Shown: piece after piece, positions 23,500 to 60,254 of the stretch
Layout of the letters: every line of letters starts with the position of its first letter
How positions within the stretch are numbered: the stretch's first letter is position 1
Assembly (NCBI RefSeq): GCF_016432865.1
Contig: NC_067404.1
Span: 75,640,001 to 75,704,000 of the forward strand
Length of the DNA: 64,000 nt
From: Antechinus flavipes
Lineage: Eukaryota
Reading direction: 5' to 3'
Program-made: the position numbers and the translations under genes
The notes under the pieces: generated by a model
Databases searched by the model: none
The model's input: the letters and a program-made list of their open reading frames with translations, nothing else
What the model was told of the DNA's origin: nothing

Positions 23500-24900
23500 A
23501 AAGACCTCTTAAATTAGGAGGGGAGGAAAAAATTTGCTTTTGTGCAGTTTTTGTAAATATGATTGTTTTGACAAAAAAATTTGAGATTTTAGCTGAGACT
23601 TGGAAGATGCTGGGAGGTAGAGGTGAGAAGGAAAAGCATTCTAGGCTTAGGGAATAGCTACTGCAAAGGCCCAGAGATGGGCCTATAAGTAGTATAGTGT
23701 GGTTGGATTGTAGAATATGGAGAGGGGAGGAAGTTAGAAAAAGACTGGAAAGGTAGGAAAGGCCCAGGCTGTGAAGGACTTTAAAAGACAATGGGGGGGG
23801 GGCAGCTAGTTGGTGTAACGGATAGAGCACCAGCCCTGAAGCCAGAAGGACCCGATTTCAAATCTGGCCTCAGATACTTAACCCTGGTTGGGTGACCCTG
23901 GGCAAGACACTTAAACCCAGTTGCCTCAGCAAAATAAAAAAGACAATGGGAGGATTTTACATTTGATTCTGGAAGTAATAAAGAACCATTGGAGTTTATT
24001 GAATATGTGAAGGAGGCAGTGGGGAGATGACATGGTCAGACTTGGGCTTTAGGAAGGTCACTTTGATGACTGAGGGGCAGATGGATTGGAGTGGAGAGAG
24101 CCTGGCAGCAGGCAGCTCCCTCCTCTCCCCCAGCAGCTATTGCCTAGTCTAGGTGTGATGTGATGAGGGTCTGCCACAGGGTGGGGACAGTGTGAGAGGA
24201 GAGAAAGATACATATAGACAGTAGCCCATTGCCTGGGGATTGTGAGGATTGGATAGAAGGGAGTCCCGGAGTGGCGAATGTGAGTGGATAATGACAGTGA
24301 AGTTGCACGCCTGGATTACTGAGAGAATGATGCTGCCCTTGACAATAATAGAGATGCTGGGAAAAGGGGATGATTTGGGAGGGAAGGTGAGTTTTGTTTT
24401 GGACATACTGAGTGTAAGGTGTCCAAAATGCAGTAGGTGATGTGCGACTGGAGGAGGATGGGAGGTAAGTTAGGGCTTAATAAATAGATCTGAGCATCCT
24501 TTTTATAGAGATGACTTTTTTCCCTGAGAGCTGGGGAGATCACCAAATGAAAGAGTAAAGAGAACAGAAGAGGGACCAGGGGAGAATTTTGGCATTAGAT
24601 GAAGATTCAGCAAAGGAGACTGAAAAAAATGTTGTTAGTCAGCTAGGTAGAGAAGCATGAATTACATTTGGCAATCAAGAGATCACTGGACATTTTGGAG
24701 AGAATACTTTCAGTGGAATGATGAGGTCAGAAGCCAGACTGGAGGGGCTTCAGAAAAGAGTGAGAGCAAAGGAAGTGGACCCACAGACTGGATCTGGTTT
24801 TCTCAGGGTGCCCCTCACATATCTCAGGCCAGTGCAAGATCAATCACATTACCAGGTTGTCACATCCCAGTATTGATATACATTGGGCTTATCCTACACT
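23500..24900 (-). mobile_element. L2 fragments with a nested SINE (23790-23930)
   Basis: Purine-rich reverse L2 ORF2 sequence (GAGTTTTGTTTTGGACATACTGAGT..., GAATACTTTCAGTGGAATGATGAGGTCAGAAGCCAGACTGG); boundaries approximate. Confidence 0.6.
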
Positions 24901-26259
24901 GAGAAATATTCTCTGGTTTTCAGAAGGCTTTCACTGAAAATCAGATGTTGATGAGGAGTCACAGGGGATAAAAAGATGGCTAAGAGGCTTCATGGTTTAG
25001 TGGAGAGGACCTTAAACTTGAAGTAATAAAGATCTGATTTCAAATCCTGCCTCACAGACTTATGAATTGTGACCTTCTATTTGTCCTGCATATATCTTAC
25101 ACGTACATAGTCAGTGGTATGTTTTGTCCTCCATTAGAATGGGCTGTCCTTGAAAGTTGAGTCTGCAATGTGGTTTTGCCTCTCTGTATTGCCTCTGCTT
25201 AGCGCAGTGCCCACCAGACAAGTACATGCTGATATACTGGCTGACTGAGCCTGCACAATTTCCTTAGTTTCCCTCTGTCTCAGTTTCCACATTTGTATCA
25301 TGAAAAGATTATTTTCATTGGCCTCTAAGGTCTGTTCAGCTCTGAATTGTTGATCAAATGCAAATTATCCATTTCTCTCCTCCCCCTTCCCTGTAACGTC
25401 TGAGGACCCACACCTTAGGAACTTTTAAGTCTTAATTCCCCCATCACAGACGTTCATATTAAGGCTGAAAAAGCAGCTTGCTCACAGTAATCCGGCGAGG
25501 GAGATACCTGTGCTGAGCTTGGCTTGTTCAGCTCTGTGGAACTCAACCTCTGGGGACAATCTGGCTCTCAACCAGCCTTTGGGCCTGCTTGTTGAATGAA
25601 TCAGGTCAGCCTGGGCTCGTCAAGGGATCAAGAGAGAGGCTGAGCCCATAGTTTTAGAAGCATAGCAGACATTTTCTGGGGTGCTGAGCTCTGTAGAATG
25701 TAAGCTGTCAGAAGGCAGGGGCTTTTAAAATTTTCTCTTACTACCAGTATTTAGCAAAGTGCTTGGTAAAGAGTAGGGCTTTAATGAATGTTTGTTAAAT
25801 TAGACTGAAACTAGGAATATTAGCTTTTAGTTGTGCAGAGATAGATCTGACCATTAGGGCTGTCTCAAAGTAGATGTGGGGCTGTTTTGTATTTGCTGGG
25901 TATCCACTTACATATGGGAAGCAGTGTATGATATGTATAGTGTGGCTGCTAGGGGACTGACCTTGGAGTAAGGAAGCACTGGCTTGGAAATCTTGCAGTT
26001 TAATCTTACTTGCAGCAGGAAGAGAGGCAAGCCATTACTTAATATTCACTTTGAGGGCCTCAGTCCTCTCTCTAAGCCAAAACTTGGAAACACTTAGTGA
26101 GCTCTATCAGTGGACTGAGCTGACAAACCAGTTCCCTCCACCAATGGAAATCACAGGTTCGGACCAAATTACTTTGTGTCAACTCACTTTCTCCCAGTAG
26201 AACTTAAACTCCTTAAACTAGCCCCGGTTTGTTTTTCTCCCATTGTTGGTCAGTCCTTC

Positions 26260-26470
26260 CTGCTTCTCTGTCCCCATTTGGGGGTTTTCTTGGCAGTGGT
26301 ACTGGAGTGGTTTTGCCATTTCCTTCTCCTGCTCACTTTAGAGATGAGGAGACTGAGGCAAGCAGGGTGAAGTGACTTTTCCAGGGTCACAAAGCTAGTA
26401 AGTAGGTACCTGTCTGAGGCTAGATTTGAAGTGAGGAAGACAAGCATTTCCTAACTCCAGAGCCTGTTTT
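26260..26470 (-). mobile_element. MAR1-type SINE
   Basis: TTTGGGGTTTTCTTGGCAG...TTTGCCATTTCCTTCTCC...GAGGAGACTGAGGCAAG...TTTGAAGTGAGG. Confidence 0.75.
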
Positions 26471-26723
26471 TTCTATTAGCCTAGTGCTAATAGATAGCTA
26501 ATAATGCAAAGGCATACCCCACTAGTGTGAATATACTTTTTGGATTGAATGAAATTGAGCCTGACGCAGATAAAACCCTGCTTTTGTGAAGGCAGTGACA
26601 TCTAAAGGGAGGCTGTGTAATGATAAAAGATAATGGAGACACAGTCCCCTAACCAGGCCTGTTGTTATAAGTACCTCTTATCACAGTCACATTATCACAG
26701 TCACATGGAGGCCACCCAAAGGG

Positions 26724-26729
26724 TTTATT
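26724..26729 (-). terminator. BTK polyA signal
   Basis: First AATAAA on the minus strand, about 380 nt after the BTK stop. Confidence 0.65.
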
Positions 26730-27106
26730 TGCTCATATGCACACACATCCACACACATACATCCTACAATTTGTTCTTAACTGCTAGGAGGAATTTTTCT
26801 CTCCTGGAGCAACAGCGTATTCTGAAGAATGAAGCTACTATTCCTCAGCTTTTGCTCGGGCCAGAGAAAGTCCCTGGGGATCAAAGGTGTGAGCCATTCT
26901 TAGATGTACAGTGCCACATTTAAGGAGTGCAGGAGGAGTGTAAAGGTTTTCTCCCCTGCTCCCATCCCCTTCCTTTTCTCTTGCCCTCCCCTTCCCTTCC
27001 CTTTCCCACCCAGGCGCTGGAAGCCTTGAATTTCTTCAGAGAAAAGTGAGTGAGCAAATGGAGCGAGGAGTGGAGACGGAAGGACCAGAGAAGTGGGCTG
27101 AACGGC

Positions 27107-49657
<22,551 letters not shown>

Positions 49658-50139
49658 CTAGAAACAGAAATAAGTGGTGAGCACCCAGTAGACTACCAAC
49701 TGGCCTCCCTTCATCCTTAGCCCACCTCAAGAAGCCCTGTTTTCAACAGTAATACCACCACGGGGCTCTTTCACTGATCCCCTCTTGCTACAGCACCTAG
49801 ATACCGAAGCAAATCCTAGGGAAAGGAAATTTTGAGGTAAACTCTCCTACCAGGAGGAGGCTCTGTTAGACTGAGTCATTGTAATAATCAATTATCTTGG
49901 ATACTGAATCTACTTGTTGGCTCTCCAGGTACCAAAGAAGCAGACCTGCATCAGCACCAACAAGACCCATTTTATATTGAGTATGAATAAATATAGGTCC
50001 TGTGCAGCTGTTGATCCTATTGGTCACCTTGCCCCTGCCAAGAGATCAGGAATTTAATACAGGGGCTGGTTGGGTAAGTCCAAGTTTCCTAGACAGTATT
50101 TTTTTTTTTTTTTTTTTTTTGCCAAAGCGAAGGGTTTGC

Positions 50140-50760
50140 TTTTTTTTTTTTAGTTTATACATATACATTTTTTTACATATTTTCATATGTCATCTTAGAA
50201 AAGAAAAATCAGAAGAAAAGGGAAAAAACACAAGAAAGGAAAAAAGGTAATAAAAAAGGTAAAAAATACCTTTCTGCATTCAGTTTCCATCATTCTCTCT
50301 CTGGATGCGCATGGCTTTTTCCATCCCAAGTTTATAGGATCTACCTTGGATTACTGAATTGCTGAGAAGAGCTAAGTCACCCAAGCTTGCTATTACTGTA
50401 TACAATGTTTTCCTGGTTCTGCATGCTTCCCTCTGCATCAGTTCATACAAATCTTTCCAGGCTTTTCTGAAGTCAGCCTGTTCATCATTTCTTATAGAAC
50501 AATAATATTCCATTACTTTCATATACCACAACTTGTTCATTCCCCAGTTGGTGGGTATCCATTCATTTTCTAATTCTTTGCCACAAACAGAGCTACTACA
50601 GACTTTTTTTTTTTTTGCACCTGTCAGTCTTTCTCTCTCTTTTATGATCCTTTTGGGATACAGACCCAGTAGACACATTGCCGGATTAAAGGGCATGTGG
50701 TTGAATAGCCCTTTGGGCATAGTTTCAAATTATGCTCCAGAATAGTTGAACTAGATAGTA
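50140..50760 (-). mobile_element. L1 3'-end fragment
   Basis: ORF-track peptide with [36 protein letters not shown] (L1 ORF2 C-terminus). Confidence 0.85.
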
Positions 50761-50844
50761 TATTTAATTATTTTCATGCGGCATCCCACTGGAGTCTGTA
50801 GCCCAGGAGGATTTGGGGAAGATGAGAGGAACATTCCTATGGAT

Positions 50845-51080
50845 GGCAGCTATAAGGTGATGCTGCAGTGGATAGAGCACCAGCCTAGTGTCAAGAAGAC
50901 CTGAATTCAAATTCTACCTCAGACACTTACTAGCTATGTGACCCTGGGCAGGTCACTTCACCCTGTTTGCTTTAGTTTGCTCGTCTGTAAAACGAACCAG
51001 AGAAGGAAATTGCAAGCCACTTCAGAATCTCTGCTGAGAAAACCCCAAATGGGGTCACAAAGAATTGGACTTGTCTCAGC
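50845..51080 (+). mobile_element. MAR1-type SINE
   Basis: GCAGTGGATAGAGCACCAG...GAATTCAAATTC...GTGACCCTGGGCAGGTCACTT...GAAAACCCCAAATGGGGTCACAAAGA. Confidence 0.75.
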
Positions 51081-54000
51081 ACAGTAGGATTGATCCAGCC
51101 TGAGCTGAAGGAAAGAAAATGAAAACTCTGAAATTTTGCTGGGGATGAGGATGTAAGATTTTATTCTTGGAACCATACATGGTGACCAGTTTTAGCAACA
51201 ATAAGAACAGTGATAGCGTGCTAACTGCAAAATATAAAGATCACATTACTGCCTCGGCGTGATGGTAATTCCCTGCTTTGATCCTATCGTACATCTCAGA
51301 TATATGAGCCATGTATGACCAGGAAATAACTTAGTGATTCTCCAGATAGGGAGATATTACTTATGACTCTTTTGGAGAAATGAACTGAGCTAGAGAATGG
51401 TGACAAAAGGTGAAAAGTGACTTGTCCTCAGATCCAGGAATAAATTTAATTTTAAGAAAACAATGCTTTTCAAAAAGACATTATTATTTTAAGATTTATG
51501 GATGCCTTTTACTTTTATATTTCAGTCATTTCCAGATGTAGCCTTCCCATTTTGTACAGTAAGACTTCTCATATATCAATGGAAAACTTTCAAACATCAC
51601 CATCCAGCAACAGTGCATGTAACCTTGTGCATCCATGGGCCCCAACCTCTCCACAAAAGAAAGGAGGTGTTTTTCTTCTTTCTTCTTAGGGGCCAAGACT
51701 AGACATCACAGCTTTTGTTCTTTTCACCAAGCAATGCCTTTTGCCTATCGCTCACATTAAACATATAAGACATGCTCTATTATTGATTCTGAAACACTAA
51801 AGTTTCCATTAGAAAGATGAAGGAGAAAAGCATCATGGCAAGAGTAAATAAGTGCTACACATTGGTTGGTTTTTAACTGACCTCCCTCCCTGTAATGGCA
51901 GAATAGTAGCAGGATCATAGATTTAGAACTGGAAAGAACCTCAAGCATCATCCAGTCCAATCCTCTCATTTTACAGAGGAAGAAACTGAGGCCCTAGGAG
52001 TTCAAGTGACTTGCCCAAGATGGCATATAGAGTAAGTGGTAGGGCTGAGATTCCATTTCAGGTCCCTGGGTTGCAGGGTCAGTGTTCTTTTCACCAGATC
52101 ATTCTGGCTCCAATGTCTGGTCTCATTAAAGTTGGCCCCTTATTCCGGCTTGGATCCTGATTCAGCTACCTAATTAATTTAGCTATCCTTCCAATTTCAC
52201 ATCACCTGCAAATCAGAAAAGCAGACCACTTAGATCTTTAATTAAGCCGTCAGCTTAAAAATAGCACATATATTACTGGTCTTCTCAAGGGCTGGGGCCG
52301 GATGAGAGAGAGGGAGAAAAATTGCAAGTCACAATTTTTCAAAATGAGTGTTAAACATTTTTTAATGTAATTGGGAGATATTTAATGAAATGACTAAAAA
52401 AAATTCTATTTTTGAAAGTTCTTGGGGAGTGGGGGGAAGGGAATATCAACCGGAACAGGGCTAATCAAGAACATAGTCTGAAAGCACACCGCTAGAGACT
52501 TTTTTTTTCCAAGTTGACATCCATCCAATAATCAGGATACTCTTTAAGATACAGTTGCCCAAGAACAAATCTCGCTCTTTGTTTCCCTTCTCTCTGCTGA
52601 TTATCTAGATTTTTCCTGTGGCCTCATAAGTAGGCAGAACCTGCCACAGCTAGACCTGGGAGACAAAGGGGAATAGCTGCTGGGTGAGGCCTTGAGATGC
52701 TCACATAGTAACCTCAGAACTCCATAGCAACCTGTGATTTACCTAAGGGAACAAAGAATGAGGCGACCATTCAAAACAGCAGGCTCTAATAAGCAGTGTG
52801 ATTGTGTGGGGGAGGTGGAGAGAGCATCGAATTTGGAGTCCAAGGACATACATTCAAATCCTGGTTCTGCTACTTTTTGGCCAAGTGACCTTGGACTAGG
52901 CACTTCCTTCTCTGGGCTCAACTTCCTCATCTGAGGAATGGCCTCAATGAGGGGAATGGCCTCCAAGATCCTAGGTAGCTCCAAATCTATGACCCTCTGA
53001 TCATGTCTTCTTAGCTTTATCATGCTATACCTCGTGCCTCTGGCAACGATGTGACCTTGGGGTCTCTACACGATGTCAGCAAGTCACTGGGCAAGTCACT
53101 TAACCCCAACTGTCTCAGAAAAAAAAGGAAAAAAAGGAAAAGAAAAAGAAAAGAAAAGAAAAAAGAAATTCTCTGATCACGGCAATCTGTGAAACATGGG
53201 CAACCCGACCCATGTTCACCAAAAGAAACCCTCGATCTCAGGGCTGGATGGGACCTCAAAGACTATCTTGTCCAACCTTTACCCGAAGCATGAATTCCAT
53301 CTTCAAGGTCCCTTACAAATGGCTCTCAGTCCCAGTGATTGGGAGTTCAGTGCTTCAAAAAGGAGTCAGTTCCTTCTGGGCAATAGCTCTAATTGTTAAG
53401 TTTGTCTTTATGCTGAGTCAAAACCTGAGAATTGTTATAATAACCTCTAGGGGACCTAAAAAACCTCTTACTCGGTCTCCCTTCCTCTAGGCTTTCTTCT
53501 GAACGTTCCTTTGGGCCACTGTGAGAAGCATCTCCTTTAAAATATCACTTTTCAAATGTCATTCCTCAGCCCAACATTATATGTACTAACTTCCCACGGC
53601 TTCTGAGATCAAGGGGAGGCTTGCCCTAGGTTTTCCAACTTGAAGACTGTACCCAACTCCCCCAGGAGGCATCTTCCATTACCATCATTGTGAATGGAGA
53701 GGCTTTGAAAGGGACATCTACTCCCTTCTAACATATGTCTTTTGTGCCTTCCTAATGTGGCTTTTTATTTGAATGCATTTCCACAGTCCTGGAATGAACG
53801 CTCAGTCGGCAGACAAAATGTTCCACGCTAGCCGAGCTCACTGGTTGCAGCGAGGGAAACCCTGTTCTTTTTTTGTTCTCTTCCATGGTCCTGCCCTTCG
53901 GGATGCTCCATTGTGAAGATTAATGGATTTCTAAAAGTGCTTGGTCAGGGGTAGAGAAGGTAGCTGATGTACTAAAGTGGACCTGAAACAATTTCCTATT

Positions 54001-57000
54001 AGCTCCTGGGAGAAACTCCTGAAATCAGGCTTGGGGATTCCCTGATCTTATAACCTAGAGGATACCCAGGTGTCTCTGCAGAGATTCTCTGGTGGCTACT
54101 CAGTTCACCAAGGCTTGGTGGGCTTGTAAGAAGGCCAGATACAGCCCCACTGAGGCCTAGAGAAGACTGAGAGTTAAGGACAGAGCCAGCGATGGAGGGA
54201 AGGCCTCAGGGCTGACCCTGAAGTTCATCAAACTTGTGGCCTGACTGACCAGAAGTTGTTCTCTAGCATTCTAGAGGGCACATCAGGGCTCAGAAGATGA
54301 CTCCATCCCAGTCTCCGAAGGTCTTTGGGATATTGCTCTATCACTGGCAGTGTTTCACAGGTTTCTTCTGTGGCTTTGGGAGTTTCTGGACCACCGGGGA
54401 GTTTTTTCCCTCTGTATCTCGCTTGGGGAGATGAGTTCCTCCAGTGCAGTGAGGGTACTGCCAGGTAGCTAATTTGTCAGTTTTGCATGTGGCAGCAGAG
54501 GGGATTAGTCACCCACGAACCTGAAATGGAGTGCTCCTCTTTGCTCTGGAGTGGCACTCTGGCTCCAGGTTTTTCTGGCTCCATTTTGATTGGACCATGT
54601 GGTTCTTAATTCAGCTTTAGTGTGCCTGGCTTCCTCCTGTGCCTCTTGTACCTGCCTGTCCTTGGCATCATGTCTTAGTGTTTCTGTACTGTTTTCACTC
54701 GAGTGCTCTCTCCAGCATCTCCAGTCTCTCCTTTGCCACTGACTTCTTCTCATTTACCTACAAACATGTCCAGTGTTGCCAGGTCCTAAAGTATTCCCTT
54801 TATCCTTCTGCCCCATCCACCACTACTCCACCCTCACCCTATCCCTGTGTCTGTCTGTCTGTCTAGCTTTCCTTTTCTGGCTTAGAGAGATCATATTCCC
54901 CTAGTTATCTATCGTTCCATCTCGGCCTCTTTCCCTGACTCTTCCTCCTTTATTCCAATACCTTGACTTGGATGCTCTCAAAGATCTTGTCTTTGGTCCT
55001 CTTTCTTCTCTTTTCTTTCTCTTTCCTCTGCTCCATAGACTCATTTATTCCTAAAGCTTCAACTACTATTTCTAAAGAGATGACTTCTTACTTTGATGTG
55101 CTAATAAATGTCTAACAACCAGATCTCAGAAAAAAGATACCCAGGACACGTTTTAGAGTTTAACCTGCATTATAAATGCTTTCTTAAGTCCAGACAATCA
55201 ACAAAATAATCAACCAAGCCCTGCTTTACAGCATTTGCTCTCCAAAGCCAGTTCAAGCTGGCTTGAGCAAAGCCATGTTCTCAGCCCTTCTCTTCTGAGC
55301 TCCAGAGTCACAATTCCAGCTGTCTCCAGGATATTTCTATCTGGATGTCCTGCCAGCACATCAGACTCACCATAGCCACATATGAGGGAGCTATAGGAAG
55401 TTGTGCCACAGCAGCCGCAGTGATGGCAGAAGAAATGAGGGACTCCTCTGACTTTTGCCAATGTCCACGGTGTTTTTTGATTCACTCTTCTCCTGTCTGT
55501 TTCCGCTGTCTGCACCTTAGCACAGACCTTCATAACCACTCACCTAAACCATGCAACAGACTCCTTACAAAAAGATTCTTTACTTTTTCCCCACACTGAT
55601 CCATCCTTCATTTCCATGGTATGAATGAGCTCCTCATGCATAGATTTGCTCATCTAACTCTGCTGTTCAAAACCCCAAAATGGTGAGTGGTTCCATGGGA
55701 CCTACTGATAAAGCTCAAACTCCTCTGCTCATCATTTGAGGTCTTTGCCCAGCTGGTTCCAGGGACCTCTCCAGCTTTCGAATGCTACTACCTGCTCTAC
55801 TATCTACCCTACCATCATGTTCCACCTACTGTATACTCCAGTTGAACCAGACTCCTCTGTCCAAGAGATGTAACCCACTTGAGGGGAGAAAATTTATTCT
55901 GACTTTGTACCCCGGTGGGTCTTGCATGCTGCTTGACACAGAGGAAGAACTTAAGCAGTGCTTTGGGATTAAATTCTTGTCAGAATTCCTCCTGTGTTTG
56001 CTCATCTTTGATTTTATTTATGCTGTTCCTTGGAATGTCTTCCATCCTCCTCTTCACCTGTTGAATTGCCTTCCCATCCCCAACAGGTCAACTCAATTCA
56101 GCTCAAATGCTACTTCCCTCATGAAGCCTTTCTCCCTTCAGACCTCAGAGCTCTTTCTTTGTTCCACATCTCAGAAAGTATTTCTAGGCTCAGGAAAGAG
56201 TGTGAAAGTGAGTGAGAAAGGACCCCAGAGAGCCAAGAGATCCTCTCAGATGACAAGATGAAAGCTTTAAGAGGTTAATGACCTTCTTAAAGTTTCATGG
56301 TCAGTAAAGAGTCGAGCCAGGATCTCCGGATTGGCAATTCCACCGCTCTTTCCTCTCTGCTGCACTGCCTCTCATCACGTCTTACTTAGTATCTTGGAGT
56401 GCAAGGCGGCATAAAAATTGGCGTTTGCATCATAGCCTCCTATTGAACTGGAAGCTCTAAGAGGGTAGGGATCTTGTCTTATCTAAATGTTGTGTCACTC
56501 CCGGCTCCCACCTGGGGGCCCTGCACACAGCAGGAACTTAATACGTGCTTGTTGTAAGTTGACCTGTCCATGCTTCTCTGCCATGGCACTGGCTCACGTG
56601 TCTGGGTTTGCACCCCTTCAAACCTCCAACTTCTAGTGCTCAGACTCTTTTCTATCCAGAAATGTAGGCATGTGGGGGGTGAGCCCCACCCAACACACTA
56701 GTTTATTATTTCTGGGGGCCACACAGTATGACTAAGCTGAGCCGTCACTGGCCACTATCAGTCAGGATCCTGGGCATCTGGGAGAGCATATGCTGGGAGG
56801 AAGGGTCCAGCCCCTGCTCTTTGAAAGCCTGCCTTCCCTTCCTGGCTTCCTTCCTTCTTGCCCCCTTCACTGCATTTTCAGCTTCACTGAAACTGAAAGC
56901 CCCATGGGGCCCAATGGTATCTTGGTTCTGCCTGAATTCCTCAGCAATCGGATTTGCATAACTGAGAGGCCTCCCCAGGACATGTGTCAGGTTGGTGAGC

Positions 57001-58310
57001 TATCTCCTGAAGCTTCTCCCTCAGGGAGGACTCACAGAAAGTCCTTACTCTCCTGCCTTCTTTCCCTTCCCAGCTCAGAGTCAAGAAGATGCTTGGGAAC
57101 CACCGGAACACTGGCTTGGATAAGCAATATTGGCCCTTCTTCCCAAGTCTCTTCTTGGTATAGGTAGACTGCATTTAAAAAAAAAAACTGAGGAAATACA
57201 CAATTGTGGATATACCAAATGAGGCCCATAAATTTTTTAAGGGACCTTAATACCCTCCGAAAAGGATAGCAAGATAAGTCCAGGACCACAAAGGATTTAG
57301 AAAAAATGAACAGAGGAACAACATGGACAGCCTTTGAGATCTGGATACAGGACTTTTAAGTGTAACAGAGAGATTAGAAAGCAAACCCTTTCTGGGAGGT
57401 TAAAATGTTCCAAAGAGCTTGGAGGATCTACAAAAGGGAAATAGAGGCAATATACGCTCAGTGTAAAGAGTCTGGCAACACTGTACAAGTATCCCTTTCT
57501 CGTAGAGGAGTTAAGCTTCCAAATAAAGCAGTTTCAGACATAATATTTTCCTGAGTTGGTGGCCCAGCAACTCACCTATAACTTCCAGGCTGAAGAGAGT
57601 TATTTGGGCCTTGAGAGGTGAAATTAGTTGGACACAGTCACATAGCCTATCAACACATGACACCCACCCCATAGCTGCATCTCACCAGGATCCATGTCGA
57701 TCAGATAGTCAATATTATTTCAGAAAACTTTCTACCTGGTGTTCAATCTCTTATCACTTTTCTCCCCATTTCTTTCCTCCCCTTGTATCTACAGCACAGA
57801 GAGCAGGAATAATTAAGTCATTTTCCAGGTTTCAATTTGAATGTTCTAATAATGCTCAGTTGTGGTGCTATGACACTGCAGGAACCATTTCCCACCTCCA
57901 GTGGACACCACCCTCTCCATGAGACCCCTTAAATCTAGTATAAATTGTTTTCCTTTGATCTTCCTAACAACCAAGGGAATAAGGTACCAGAGACAAGATT
58001 TTTCCTATTTGTAGGTAAGGAAACAGGCTCAGAGAGGCAAAGGGATTTGGGCAGGGCTCCAAAGCTCATGGGTGGCAGCAGTGGGATGCTCACTGCAGGC
58101 ATAGTGAGCTCCAAAGGAGATCTGGAGTTGGGAGCTAATTGCCTTTCTCTTGCTTGAGTGGCTTGGTAGGCAAGAACAAGGCATATGGGACAACCATCTC
58201 TATCCTGTAGGGCCCAAGCCTTTGGATGAGGCCCTTCAAGGAGACCGGGCAGCCCTGGTCACAGACATTCTAGCATGGTCTGTCAGCCCTGACTTACCCC
58301 CAGTCATACC

Positions 58311-58723
58311 TGCATGCATGTACACACACACACACACACACACACAGAGCCACACTGCAGGCATGTACACAATACAGAAACACGGTCACATGTGCACACA
58401 TGTACATGAAGACACTTAATGTGTGCACATATACACAGCCACATACACATGCATGTATATACACGGCCACACTGCATGCACATACAGAAATACACAGTCA
58501 CATACACATGCACACCCAGCTACGGTGTATCTATGTACACATATAATATACACACCCACACAGAGATGTGTACACACATGGTGACACATGTATGCATGTG
58601 CACACAGAATTATACACAGCCACACACATGCATATATACACACACCCAGAAAGACACGAGCCATATATGCATGTATGTAAACACAGAGAAATATGTCCAG
58701 CCACATGTGCAGGCATGTATACA

Positions 58724-58766
<43 letters not shown>
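58311..58766. repeat. Degenerate (CA)n/alternating purine-pyrimidine tract with perfect (CA)n ends
   Basis: About 450 bp of CA/TG/TA alternation with recurring TACACAGCCACA / CATGCATGTATATACAC subunits. Confidence 0.9.
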
Positions 58767-58769
<3 letters not shown>

Positions 58770-60254
58770 TTTAGAGAGAAAAAGGATCTTGGTAGTCAAG
58801 TCCAGCTCTCTCAAGTATATAACTCTAGGCCCGAAAGCTGGCAGGAAGCCTCAGGTGAAGGACCATGGGAGAGGCAGGTCATAGAACAAAGAGACAGATG
58901 CATATGTAGGCGGGTCAGGTGCTTTGCTGAGGCCCTCAGAGGTGGAATACTTTGGCCACAGTGAGCTAGGTAGTGAGTGGCAAAGCCAGCATTTGATCCC
59001 AGGCCTCAGACTTCAAATCCCCTGTTCCCCCACTAGATTGAAGGCCCTGATTAGGGTCAGCAACAGTGATGAGTGGCGATAGCTCAATAAGGCCCAGTAG
59101 AGCCAAGGAGAGGAGAGAAGGAAGGGGGAACAGGAGAAAGAGCAAGAAAAAGAGGAAGAAGGAGAAGTAACTCATGAGGAAAGGAATGGGAGAATGAAAA
59201 GAGGCACACATAAGATGTGGGATAGGAGAGAAAGGATTTCCAGTGATGCACATCTAACAACTCTCTGAGGGACACCGGCTGCTTTCCCTAGACGTAAAAA
59301 ATCGGATTTTTAAAAAATCAAATATGAACATTAAATTGACTCTGACTGTGTTTTTGCCTTATACTTGCTTGTTGTGCCTTCATGGCATCTCAGGTAGATA
59401 TCCCATAATTTCTAACTGTGCCTTGGCTACTTGTGGTCTCCCGATCATCCTAGAGTGGGACTTCCAGCTCATTCACATTCAGCTCAGAGGATTTTAAGAC
59501 TACAGGACTGAATACTAGGTAGAACCATCAAGATCCCTTAATGGAATCCTCTTATTTTACATAAAGGGAAACTGAGCTTCAGAAGGATGAACTAGCTTGC
59601 CCGATATCTGGACCGAATGACTTCCCAAAGCACCTTTTAGCACAAAAGCTGGGCTTCCATCATGATGAATTTAGAGCTGGAAGTCAAAGCAGCTGCCTCC
59701 GGGGGTGATGGGCTCCCCTTTCCGGAGGCCATCAAAGGCTGGGGAGCCAATTGTAAGGAATGTGGTAAGGGGACTCGGCCGTTCTCTGACTGCATGGTCA
59801 CACGGCCGAGCTGGGAATCAAAACTCTGCTTTTCACCTCCAGATCGGCTCACCGAGCCGCTGCCTTCTGAGGTCCACTCGAACGTTAAAGCAGAATTTGT
59901 GAAGGGGTCTCGAGACTACAGCCAGAAGGCCCTTGTGGTGCAGAGGCTAAGAATGGGAGAAGATCTGATTTGGACTGTGCTCGTGCTTCTTAGTGACCCC
60001 CAACTAATTCAGGGCCACCTGCTTGTTGGTCCTTCCTTTCACTTTCCTCTGTCCCTCCCTCAGATCATAACTGTTACCCCTCTTGGTCATCTAGCACTAA
60101 GTATCAGAACTCGGTGCTTTGAAGCTTCCCACCACCATCATCTACCTCCTGCTGCCATCTCAGACACCAGCCATGTTTTCTCCCATATGGCCCTGAGGGG
60201 GAAGGTACTCACTGCACTTCCCAGTCATTGCTGCTCCATTCGTTACTCACCCAC

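Noticed and set aside
58304-58964. Several ORFs rich in H/T/C/V/Y
   Set aside because: Translation artefacts of the (CA)n/(TG)n tract
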